A stretch of 64,000 bases of DNA, taken from NCBI GenBank assembly GCA_965645245.1, contig OZ287074.1, positions 1,116,001-1,180,000 on the forward strand, read 5' to 3'. This document shows positions 10,359-23,000 of the stretch, piece after piece. The translations under genes were made by a program, and so were the position numbers. Below the pieces are notes generated by a model. The model saw only the letters and a program-made list of their open reading frames with translations. It did no database searches and was not told the DNA's origin. The stretch's first letter is position 1. Every line of letters begins with the position of its first letter. Source of the stretch: Massalongia carnosa. Lineage: Eukaryota.

Positions 10359-13320
10359 TCAATCTGGTTTGCTAGGCCATTCGAAGCAGGTCTTGGGTAG
10401 TATTATTGGGCTACGCTGCATCTCTCGCATACGTTTTTGCTTCTGGAATTTAACGTTCCATTCGTTTCGACAATTCTCAAAGTCTTGATGGAATTCATCC
10501 CTAACTTGAAGGCTATTGGTCAACTATTTCTTCAAGCCCTCGACCTATTTCGTCGAAATATTTACTTACGTTTTCGATTTTCAAAGACCAATCTAATCTG
10601 TTGGTACTTCTTGCAGTTCGGTACTTCATTGCCCAAACAGCTTGTTCTGGTGCTCAGCGGAAGCCCAGCGGGCTGCAGAATACTGCCTGTAATCTTGTAT
10701 AGTGGCAAGAGACTATTTGTCTTGGTCTTCAAGTGAATAAACCCAGTTTTCGTGTCTTCCAGCCTGAATCTAAGTTGTTTGGAGACTAGCACACAAACTG
10801 TCAGCTGTGAAGCTACGACACAGCCCATCCGTGACGCACCAAAGAGAATGAAAATAGATCCTTCGCAAAAAAATAAAAGCTTAGATGCTCGGACCTCGTC
10901 ACCAATGGCTTCAACATGGGGGCTGGGTAGCTGCCGATGGGCCATGCTGGGGTCTTTAGAGTATCGTTGCTGGCTTTCAGGAACAGCTTCCGTCCAGACT
11001 TGCATAGTAGGGCTAAGATAGGTCCTTGAATTTACCGTCTCCATCGCTTCAAAGCAGATAGACTCAACTGACCTACCGAAAAGGCGTCTATCCGTCAGGC
11101 ACCCCGAAAATAAATTGCTAAGGTTGGAAACTTACGGGTTGTCTACCTCAAATCTATCTCCTAAAACGGTGGCCTGAAAGTTGATCAAATCTGTAAAGCA
11201 ATCAGCTGCCGATCTCTGACTTTACCTCTGGACATAGAATATCCTGACCACGAATTTTTGCCCTACAGAGAGCATAACAAAGGCCAATGCGCTTCTCGTT
11301 TTCCCTAAAGTATATAGCCGGTGGACTGCTACCAAAAGCATATTGCGGCACGAGTTCGACTAAGCGTGGATCCACTAGAGCCGTACTTAATTATAAAAAT
11401 TTCCGAAAAGGATGGTATTCTTACGCCAGTATTCTTTGAAAGAACGTTCATCCAGTGCTGTCCAGAGTCGAAGGAGGCCATTGGGTTTTGAAATATCCTT
11501 AAATACCCGAACACGGGAGCGTACCCACGACTGTTCATGGAGGGTTTTATCAGCCGCGAAGGTCGTTGTTTTCAAGCTCCTACCATTTGTTAGAATATTT
11601 GCATCAACCATATATCTCGTAGGGATCGCTTACTCATATAAGCCTTTTAGGGATTGTATAGAGGCGGGCGGTTCATCCGGGATATCCAGCTCAGTCTCAT
11701 GTTCATGAGAATTCGTTTCGCAGATAAGGACTGGCCCATGTTGTTGGTTATGGGGACTTTGGCATTGGGGAGTTAATGCCAATTCATGGCACACAGCCAA
11801 AGGGGTAATGACGTCGATATCCCTCTCTATGTTGGATACCAAGCGTCGTGTCTACAGAAAGTAGAGTCAGGTTCTGGGAAACTCAATCCGCTGTATCGAA
11901 TATGGACAGGAGTGGCACCTGTTCTATTCCATGGCCGTAGCGATCTGGCTGACCAGGATGCCTAGATGGATGGAACCTCTCCAGCAACGATGACGGCTGT
12001 AACGGGTCGTAGATAGAAAGATTGCATAATAACCTCATCGTAATACTAGGATCAGGCTTGACAGGATATCGGTCATACTGAGCAAATAATCTCATCATTC
12101 CCTAAAGGCAATACCGGATATGCATTAGTATGAAGAGGTACTTATACTTTTATTAAAGCATCGTTTCTCCATTAGAATATTGGCCGACAGGCAGGATGAA
12201 AGAGAAGTCAGGGATAAATCCATATTGAGCGAGAAAATCGTTGGGTTGGAGAATCGGGTTTATAGGCAAGACTCACAAACGCTTACCTCCAACAACAACT
12301 CAATGAGGGGTTTGTTCATCCTGTCCGTGACCTTTGATGACTCGTGTTTCATGAGGCAATGGACCAGCCAACCTATCTTGTATAGATCGACAAATAAGGT
12401 AGTTGCATCTGCTTTACTTTCATGTCTCTGCCCAGTCTCCAAAGCCCGCTGAATCTGTAGCGACAATAAAACGATTAGCACTGCTCCGTGCTCTTAGTGC
12501 TACCATCGTTGTTCCTTGCGTTTTTTTATTGAGATGAGATTTGGTACCTTGAAGAGCCAATACGCGCAAATCCCGGCCGCATGCTGGAGACTTTCTTCGT
12601 TAGGAGAGTTTGGCAAGAGTAGTCCTGCTTTAGACTTTAAGTTTTCAAGAAACAGAGATGCCAATGAGATGCGTTGTGATAGAGGATCTGACTGTGAGAC
12701 ATCCGTCAAGCCTTCCGCGTCCACACCCCTTGTTGGAATGTCCCGTAACTCCGAAGAGGAACATTCAAAGACGCTTTTGAGCCTTGCTTCCAGTTGGCCC
12801 TCTTGCTCTATGGATTCTTCGGCTCTCTTCTCGGATTCGGTTCGCGCATTGCGGCTGTATCGCAAGAACTCTCTTAAGAGTGGTAATCGAATCAGCTGCA
12901 AGGCTTTTATAGGCTTAGGGGAGGGGGTTGGTAAACCTACCTTTTCAGATAAGCCACCATCAGAGCAATGGATTCCAAATGGAAAAGGAGCCTTTGTTTC
13001 AACTCGTCAATCGCATCACTGGTTTCCTGATCCGTAAGGTCGCTCGGTATGAGCTTCAATCGATGAACCGTGTCTTGGATGTCACTTGTAAGCCATGCAA
13101 ACCTTGGGTTGGCATCATCTGAGCTGTTTCCCCAACTTGACGATCGATCATCCTGATTGAACTTTGTAGTCAGCGCGGCAAGCTCTATATGAAGGCGATC
13201 GAGATCAGGGTTTAAGGCGCAGAAGGGCTGGGGTGGCTTTGGTGCGACGTCCCGAATCTGTTTCGACAGCGACCTGTAGGTCGCCATGTTGTGCGGGGTG
13301 AGTGAAGCCATGGCTCTCAT
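10359..13320 (-). CDS. Multi-exon hypothetical protein (helical N-terminal domain, uncharacterised fungal type)
   Basis: Chain of minus-strand ORF segments (12937-13431, 12500-12901, 12260-12481, 11630-11842, 11387-11611, 10562-11044) separated by GT...AG introns with branch sites; no recognised catalytic motif; boundaries approximate. Confidence 0.5.
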
Positions 13321-14674
13321 CGAACCAATATATCGTGCATGAGACCTGTTGAGAGTTGGGGATTTTGTCTTGGGTAAAAACGTGCCTGACGAGCGGCAAC
13401 GAGTTAGATGTCGGATCTTGGGTGGAGTCAACTGGCACTTCTAGCAGTGTGCGATGAAAAAGAAAAGCTTTCATGATACGATGGTGACGAAAGAGTTACC
13501 TCAACCAATCGCGAATCGTCTACCCAAATGTCTCTTTTCGTCCCCACTTGAATTTTCTGCCTTACCCTATGTTAGCGTATGGAAGGGGTACAACGAATAC
13601 AGATTTAACCATCAGAGTAGTATCTTCAGGGTGGAATCCAGCCCTCATCTCATGCCATCCATGTGAAGATGTACTGTAAAGTAGTTTAACTCGATGTCCG
13701 GACCCAAGAACTGTTTTCGGCTGCGTCAGAGTGTCAGAGTCGCATTGCCCTCTTCTCTCCCTTGGGCTTTCCTTTCCGTTCACCGAAATCTCAAAGGCCA
13801 AGAAAATCCCCCTTTCACCCCGACCGAAGGTACAGAGTGTTAGGTACTCTGTACTTGTATTCTGTACCTATCTCCTCCGCCCCGCCCGCCAGGCACCCCT
13901 CGTTCAAAAAAGCACATAACTGTCAATGCATCGTCCATTCTGCGGGTTGAATGTGCTCACGCGGATGGGATTCCCGTTTCGTGCACCTGTTCTCGGATCG
14001 AGATCTCTATGACGAAGGAAGTCCTGCGAGGCGTATTGCCCAGTCGAGGCAACCTGCGGGCGCCACTTGCTTCCTTCAAACTTTTCCCACGCCCCTAAAT
14101 GAGTGCCTGCAAGAAAATATGGTCCCTGCCGCGTATCGTACATCTTCTGACCCCAGCGGTATTGTAATTCCTACTCCGTATGATACTTGATGCAATGATG
14201 CTGCCTATTTGGCGCTCGTCAGCCTACTTATTATCAACCTTGCTATCATATGTGGCCTAGTTTTGCCTAGCGTCCACTACCGCCGAATATGTAGGAGCCA
14301 CCGTGGTATAACAAATCACCACCTTCACGGCTCGGCGCATGCATATTTAGGATGAGTTTTTAGGAGAAAGGGATGGATATAGTTTGGGTGCCAATGCTGT
14401 TGCAAAGCCACCCGAACAATTCTTCACGCATGAGGCTTTCTCTACTATGACCATGGTCTGATTGCCTAAACTCTGATATGAAAATTAGCTCGGGACAATG
14501 GGACAGCCTTGATGTGCATGCTACGGCCTTAGATGTCGACTGCAGGGCAAATTTAAGACTTACTGAAGTAAATGATAGGTATAAATCGTGGTGCTGGCGA
14601 GGTTATTCCCTTTTGGCTACTGTTAATAAGAGACAATACATGTGACATATACACTTTGAATACTTTGAGACCTA

Positions 14675-17210
14675 ATGGCAGAACCTAAGGATGAAAGAAT
14701 CGTCACCCGACGAAACACGAACTCCTCTCCCAGTGCGAGCAACAACAATGGAGTAGGGATCAGCAAGCTTACCAACGTCAAGGAGGAACCTTCAGTCTCC
14801 TGCTCAAACTCCAATGGCTCAGATCCCGAGGCAGGAGATTCCTATGATGTGCAAGCCTCGTTGGTACCAGTTGAGAAGAGACATCACCTTGGGTATTACT
14901 CTACAAGGTATGAGAACAAATCGAAACACGTTAGAAGTATTCTAGTTGAGACAAGCGATCTAACCTATAGTCCAGTGCATTGATTATCAATAAGATAATC
15001 GGTACTGGGATTTTTGTCAGTCCCAGAATTGTGCTCGCAGCAGCTGGAAGCAAAGGGATCAGTCTAGTCTTCTGGAGTATAGGTTGTGTAGTCACCTGGG
15101 CAGGGTATTTCCCCTTGATCTTCTCCTTTCGAGTACTAAATATCGCCAAAGATTGTTCATATACTTAGAATATGGCATCCGATGGCCGGTTACTGGAGGC
15201 GAACTCTATTATGCACGTCTTATGTTTCATGGTGTGCCTTCGTCTTCATTTACCTAATTGTTGTTGCAGGTAGACTATGTGTACAGGAAGCCGTATCGAT
15301 TATTCACATACATGTTCGCCACCCTTTTTGTACTCTTTGGCGGAGTTCATGTCAATGCGATGACTTTTGCTAGAGAGGTCATTTTGGCGGGCTCCCCCGT
15401 GGGTGCTGCTGTTGATCCAACTCTTCAAAAGTTTTTTGCTATTGTAATCGTCACCTTTATCTGCCAGCTTCAAGCGTTTTCCAGGTATATCAATGTCTAC
15501 TTCAGCAATGCTCTTGCCCTATTTAAGGTTTTGCTACTTGGATTTATCTCTGTCGCAGGTTGGGTTGCACTTGCAGGGAAAAGAACTCCTTCTGCTGCTA
15601 GTATCAGGTCAAGCTATGGAAAGGGGAGCCTCGCCAATCTTTTCGTCGGCGATTCTGGGAGCCCTTATGGATATTCTCTCGCTTTGTTAAACATCATGCG
15701 CGCGTTCTTAGGTTACGAAAACGCAAATTTCGTGAGTCCTGAGACGTTTATAGGTGATCTTAGTGGACACTTATATTGCTGAAAGGTCTTGGAAGAGGTC
15801 CGCGCAAGCTCTGCCAAAGACGAAAGAAAGGTGTTCCGAAGAGCCGTGAAGATCAGCGTGTTTACGGTATGCTTTCTGTACCTTATGACAAACATTGCAT
15901 TTGTAAGTCTCCCTTAGTTTAAGAGGTCCTCTTACTGTGTTAACATAGATCCGAATAGTTTACCGCATGTTCCACAGATGAGATTCTGAGCTCATCAGAA
16001 ACGCTTGCACTCTTCCTTGAGAAGGTGATCTTCCAAGACATCTAGAACTTCTGTATACCAGTACATTTCGAGCCTGGCTAATGCCGGCTCAGGTATTTGG
16101 TCCATCTAGTCAAGCGTATAAGGTTTCGGCTGTAGTGATATCACTCTCGGCTGTTGGAAACATCATGGCGATAACATTTGCCAACGTACGAGGTGCGGTG
16201 TCTTGGAGTCTTATTCTTACCGCGCTTAAAGAGATTCTCTAACGTGCTTACTTTAATAGTTAAGCAAGAAATTGCTCGTCTCGGTTTACTCCCAATACCG
16301 GAATTCTGGTCCAAAACTTCTCATCGGCGCACTCCCGCCCCCGCCCTCCTCCTTCACTGGATATTTAGCGTTGCCTGCATAGTAGCCACGCCCTTGGATA
16401 GCCCCGACGGCTTCCTGGTCATGAGTACATTTTATTCATACACGCACACATGGATCAGCAGTATGCTCCCTACCTTCCTCAGCTCACTTTAGCCCGGATA
16501 AGCTAGTATTTTCTGGGCTGATACATATCAAACAATATTAGTAATTATCGGAATTGGACTACTCTGTGCGCACTGGCTCAAATGTTTCGACCATAACGAG
16601 AACCGCCCCTGGAGGCCAGCGAGTTCCAGCTTGGGTTACTGGCTCTTGGTCCCTCTTACAGTCATCTACATCTCCGCCAACGCTTTTGTGATCGTACTCT
16701 CCTGGTTCCCAGCTAACCTGCAGCAGACTCTAAGCATCAAAACTTATTCACTACCCTCGTTTGCAGGACCCCTGGCAGGCCATAGTGTTTTATTCCTGGG
16801 CGCGCTGTTTTGGGCATGGGACCAGCATGCCTTGCCTTGGCTAGGCTACCATTTTTGGACCACGGAAGACACCGTCTTCGCCCATAACCTGAAGGTTGAT
16901 GTGCTCCATGTTGGATTTCATGTAAAACCCTCTTTCTTTCTTTCTCTCCCTCTTCAGAGCTCTCCGTCTCACCTTCTTACTATAATCTTCATAAATATAT
17001 TTCTTCGCGAATTGTCTGGCTAACTTTAAGGTTGCATTTTCGCGTCAGCGTCGCTGTAATGGATTTGCCGAACGCGTTTGTTATTTCTGGAGACCAGTTT
17101 TTGGTCGGTGCAAGGAAATCTTCCTGGAAAAGGAGACGGATGATCCACCAGTTGTCACGGCGCAGACGGAGGATCAACGAGTTTTTATGGTGGAGACGAA
17201 GGATTCATGA
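14675..17210 (+). CDS. APC amino-acid permease, high-affinity methionine permease (Mup1)-like
   Basis: HHLGYYST|LIINKIIGTGIFVSP, AGSKGISLVFW, AFLGYENANF|VLEEV, VKQEIARLGLLP and PAPALLLHWIFS motifs; many introns. Confidence 0.85.
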
Positions 17211-17848
17211 GATTTCATGAGTTTGGTAGATTTTCCAGGTCTTAAATATTGGGTAAATGAAAACAAGAAGTATGCTCACAAGCTCTTCTTTGAAGGCTAT
17301 AATTTTCACCATTGGCTTAGTATTCAAAAAAGGGAAAAGGCCATCTTTCATGGTAGACGCCAAGGCCCTATTGACTAGTAGCTTCTCTTGAAAAGGCCCC
17401 AGCGCGATTGTTCATATCTGCCACTGGTAGTAACCTCCAAGTCAATGAGAAATTGATGAACAGAGTGATGCCTTCAATCATGCGCTACCCGTCGCTGACA
17501 GATTTTTACCCACCTCAAAACGCTAGTGCCAACCTAGATTGTGTCTGCAGGTGATGAGAAAGATTGACACTGCATGCAGATGCACAATCGGCACAAGCTA
17601 TCAGAGATATCTGCTGATCACTCCCTGAACTCTTATCACTGTCACCCTCGATCACGTAATAAATAAACCCGTGAGGCTCTGCTAAAAAACACTCCCAACC
17701 CCTCTTCTCGAGCACAAGGCGGCATTATTGCATAAACCCTCGGTGTGTTGATTCTGTGGTGCAGTTCATTTCTTGTCAAGCATCGCGAATCGTGTACTGG
17801 TCTTTTCTCTAACTGCCATGAATGTTTCGGCTTTGATTCCATTACCCC

Positions 17849-19372
17849 ATGGCTCCCTCACTCATCTCCTCTAAGGAACGTCAGATTGAGTACGTTCCAG
17901 ATTATGAGAAGCATCTCATTCGTACAGCCAAAGTCTACGCAGCGAGGTCTCGAGATGGACAGCACTCCCTTCCTCAAGGCTTTCCGACAGAAATCCAAAC
18001 AGGGATGACATGGGAAGGGAATGATTTCCAAAGCGATGAATGGGTTGTCAGGTTGACAAGTACTCATCTAGGAGAGATTGATGCCGCGCTACACTACTTT
18101 CAAAGTAAGGCTGCGATTGCTAATGCTACTCATACCTTAAGCGACGAAGTCTTCAGGAATAAATTTAGAGATTAGTCCCTCCACTGATAAAGATTTGTTG
18201 AATCAGATCTTAGTATCCCGATGGGCCTTATAAGCCCAGATACATTTCCTCTTCCTACGCTTGGTTCATTGATCAAAGATATCATTGCAAAGGAGATATA
18301 TCAAGGTCGAGGTTTTGCAATATTACGTGGTATACCTGTCAAGCATTACACTCGAGTACAGAACATAATCGTGCATGCTGGCCTCTCTTCTTGGTTGGGC
18401 CACCTCAGAGGCCGTCAGGATCCAAACTCTAATGTGGTATTTCGGCATATCATAAGTCTGGTTCAAAGCGGAGCGGATAAGTCCATAGGGACTGCGCAGT
18501 ATACCGGTGAGACAATTTGCTCCTCATATGTCGTTAGTCGTCGTCGCTGAATCTTGCGGACACGATCTGCTGCAGCGGATGCTCAACCATTTCATACTGA
18601 TTGGGGTGATGTGATTGCTCTTTATTGCGTTGCGCTTCCCATATCCGGAGGAGCATCTCATTTAGCAAGTATGGAGAGAATCTACAACGAGTTAGCTCGA
18701 ACAAGACCAGACATTATCCAGATTTTGTCTGAGGACTGGGCTTTTGACAAGTAAGCCAGATTCTTACTAGTCCATCATAGCGTCCAGAACTGATAAGAGT
18801 CCAAGCTTCGGGACAAAACCGGCCTTTATCCAGAGGCCACTGCTATTCTACCACCACCAACATCTTCTATTCCAGTATTCGAGGCGTCTTTTCACAGGAT
18901 ACCAATCTTACCAGAGGTCTAAGGCTTGCCCACCTCTCACAGAATATCAGATAGATGCAATGGAAACGCTAGAGTTCTTGGCACAAAAACTCTCACTCTC
19001 CTTGCAGCTAGAAAAAGGAGATATCCAGTGGGTCAACAATATGGCACTACTTCATGGACGCGATAGCTATGAGGATGATGAGAGTAACGTGTAAGCTCGC
19101 CATGTCCACGAACTTGACTTTATGCTTATTAGAGCTATGCTAGTCGGGAGCTTATGCGGCTCTGGATTAGAAATGAGGATCTAGCATGGGATCTGCCCGA
19201 GGATCTTGCTCCGCACTGGCAACAACTCTTTTATACCGTAAATCCCGAGCATCAGATCTTCCTGCCAGATGAGCCTCAGCAAGAACATGCAGAAAACAAT
19301 ATGCCTAAACCTACCGAGAGCTGGAAGTTCGCAGGGAATGAGGGCGGTATCCCTGTTCCTATGCGAAAATGA
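17849..19372 (+). CDS. TauD/clavaminate-synthase-like Fe(II)/2-oxoglutarate dioxygenase
   Basis: LPQGFP, GRGFAILRG, QPFHTD (HxD), GDIQWVNNMALLHGRDSYED (distal His) and MRLWIR motifs; about 5 introns. Confidence 0.88.
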
Positions 19373-20073
19373 ATGGCAGAGTATCTTTTTTTCAATGCGA
19401 GTACCTATCGGCTTTTCCCTACACCTTACCGGGTTTAATACGAAATCTCTAGAATAGTACAACGAGAAGGCATTATATATCCCTTATAAAATACTTTCTA
19501 ACCATTTATATGGAAAATGTAGAGATTATTAATCATTCGCGAATTGAATTCTGGTCTATCCCACGACGCTGAATTTTGGGCTTAAAAGCAGTGCACAAGT
19601 GCGGGGATATGGAGTCAACTTAGGCTGAAGGCTTATGCTGTAGGGAGATCAATATAGTGAAACTAAGAAATGACTACAGGCTGCAATAAGAATGAAGTTC
19701 CCATGCAGACATGCTGGATGTTTTGATTGGAGATTCCACCTTTCGAAGGATCGCCTTGCGTGCTGGGAGATAAGAGAAAGTTCTGGGCCGTTGCTTATTA
19801 GTAACAAGGCTAGCAAAAGCAGAACGTCATACATGCTCTATGGACCTTTGGAACAAAGGCTATGGTATGAGGCTCAACAGACTGTTGGAAAAAAGGGATA
19901 TCTTAAGGCGATTCCTTCTGGCTGACCCCCTAAACCTCGCTAAAGATATTGGATTGGTTTGAAGGTTGTGTATTCGAATATGCTCTGCAACTTCTTTAGT
20001 ACCATTTAAGCACGATTGGGAGTGGAGACATGTTCGAGTCTAGACTCGCCAACTAGGCCCAATAGCAGGCCTA

Positions 20074-23000
20074 ATGGAGGTCTCCAGGTATGGGCTTGAT
20101 AGGTGTACCCGCAAAGGTCAAAAGAGCAACACTAACACGCTGCCACGTTCTCTTTAAGACACAAGCTTCTGGCTGCAAACCGAGGCGAGATCTGCGTTCG
20201 TGTCTTTCGAGCTGCTTACGAACTATCCATGTCCACCATTGCGATTTACTCGTATGAGGATCGGCTTTCCGGATATCGTCAAAGTATGTTTACCATGAGC
20301 TGGGAAGTACACCATGTATATGCCGAATACTGAATAAGGCAAACCTCATTATAGAAGCCGATGAAGCATATATGATTGGCAGTTCCAAGGAATTTAAGCC
20401 AGTGTCTGTGTATTCTTCATTTCAAAAAACCACGAACTAACCCTAGATACCGTTTATCTTAGAGAGGCGTATCTTCAAATAGATAAGATAATCGAAATTG
20501 CCCAAGAACGAGGAGCTACTTTGCTGTAGGTGCTTTTCTTACACATAACATTCGGTTTGGCCGAAGTCCTAAGTATATCTGCCAGCCATCCTGGCTATGG
20601 CTTTTTATCAGAGAATGCGGTGTTTGCAAAAGCGGTGAGAGAGGCTGGGATAATCTGTAAGTCATCGTTCCATCTGCCATTTTTGGAGACCTTATATTCC
20701 ATTTATGAGCTAAATGCTCATTATCTTGGGAACAAGTTATTGGACCCCCCTCATCTATAATCGAGCAGTTTGGTAATAAGACAGTGGCTCGTTCCATTGC
20801 CCAAAGCTGCGGCATTCCGATAATCCCCGGCACTGATGATGAGCTTGCAACCGTAGAGGAAGTGGCCGAGTTTATTGCTAGGTTGGTCGGCAAGCAACAG
20901 TTCCAGCTTCTACTGATTGAGAAAAACCAGATATGGATATCCTGTCGTCATCAAGGCTTGTCATGGCGGTAAGACTTCTTGGGATGAATGATTTCCAGTA
21001 AAACCAACGGACGATAGCTCATGATCAAGGCAGGAGGCGGACGTGGTATGCGGGTAATCCAAGATGGAGATTCAATCCAGGAAGCTATTATACGTGCGAA
21101 GTCCGAGGCCGAGCAAGCATTTGGCAACGGTGCCATATTTCTTGAAAGGCGAGCCAAGTTAAGATTTACATATTATACGGGTACAGGCTAACTGTCACCA
21201 GGTTTCTTGAACACTCAAAACATATTGAGGTTCAAATTCTAGGAGACAAAGAGGGCAATGTAATACATCTTTACGAGCGTGACTGTAGCCTGCAGCGGAA
21301 GAATCAGAAAATCCTTGAGGTGGCTCCTGCTCCCCTCATCGAACCAAGGGTTCGGGAGGCGCTTCTTGAAGCAGCAGTTAGGTTGGCAAAATTTGTCCGC
21401 TATGGTGCGTTATCTTTCATTGCATCGTAAATGCCCTCGTTTTTTCTGGTAAAGAATTTAGGTGTTCCTGACGGTGGTAGAAAATGCGGGAACTGTGGAA
21501 TTTTTGGTGAATAGTACAGGATACTATTTTATCGAGATGAATCCTCGAATGTAAGGGCGACTCTCTGCAACTAGAGGCGAATAATGAGTGCCAACCGGTT
21601 TCACTCTAGTCAGGTCGAGCATACTGTTACCGAAGAGATTACTGGCATTGATATCGTCGCTGCTCAAATCCAGATTGCTGCCGGGCATACGCTAGCCGAA
21701 CTGGGGCTGTTGCAAGAACGTGTCATTCTGCGAGGGTTTGCAATGCAATGTCGAATCACCACAGAGGTCGCGTCCAAAGGCAAGTGCATAGGCTACGCCT
21801 CTGAGTCCCCCCAACAAGCTGCTAAGTAGGCGGCACAAGGTTTCCAGCCAGACACTGGGAAGATTGAAGCATGTAGGCTGGCAACTGGACACGGGGTCCG
21901 CCTTGATACCAGTGATTGCTTCCCTGGAGCAGTCATTACCCCTTTTTACGACTCGTTGCTTGTCAAGTGTACATGTTCCGGCCCAAGCTTCGAGGCAAGT
22001 ATCAAGCGAATGCTTCGAGCACTCATGGAGTTTCGAATTCGAGGAGTAAACACCAACATACCATTTCTCGTGGATATGCTAAATCATACGGACTTCAAAA
22101 CAGGCAAATACTGGACCCGCTTGATTGATGATATGACTGATATTGATTCATCCGCTCAAAGTCAAAATAGAGCCCAAAAACTATTGCAGTTCTTCGGCGA
22201 TACCGTAGTGAATGGGAATAATATTATTGGTCAAACAGTAAGGACTGCATGGCTATGGGAGGAGCTTGTTATTAATAACTTCTTGACAGGGACCCCCTCA
22301 ACTTCTTCGCAAAATTGAACTTCCACGCTTGAGAGATTATAAGACGAGCCAAGTCATTGACATATCGATCCCCTGTGAGAAAGGATGGCGTAACTTGCTC
22401 TCTGAAAAAGGCCCAGAGGCTTTTGCCAAAGCAATTCGTGGCCATGGACGAACTCTCATTACCGACACGACTTGGCGTGACGCTCATCAGTCACTGCTTG
22501 CAACTCGAGTTCGGACGGCCGATTTTACCGCAATTGCAAGGCACACAAGTTATGCTTACGCACCTGCCTATAGTCTCGAGTGCTGGGGCGGAGCTACTCT
22601 AGATGTTGCCATGAGGTTTTTGCATGAAGATCCATGGGCACGCCTGGTACGTGTTGCCTGAACTCGTTTGAACAAAGTTGTGGCTTAGTACTATTCACAG
22701 CGAAGGCTCCGCAAGCTCGTACCGTGAGTTGACTGCGGAATCGGTCAAACTCTATCTATTAAACAGCTTTCAGGAATATACCTTTCCAGATGTTGCTTCG
22801 AAGCGTCAATGGGGTTGCTTACTCTGCGTTAGAAAAGCCAATAGCCAAAACAATGATGGTTTTACTGACTAAAATAGGCTTCCTGACAATGCAGTGTATC
22901 ATTTTGTTGAGCAGGCCAAGCAAAACGGAATTGACATATTCCGTGTATTCGATGGACTTAATAATGTTGAGAGCTTGGAGATCGGTATACAAGCTGCTCT

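Noticed and set aside
15213..15269. Possible fourth GC-AG intron in the Mup1-like gene
   Set aside because: An equally in-frame GT-AG alternative shifted by 4 nt exists; unresolved without RNA data
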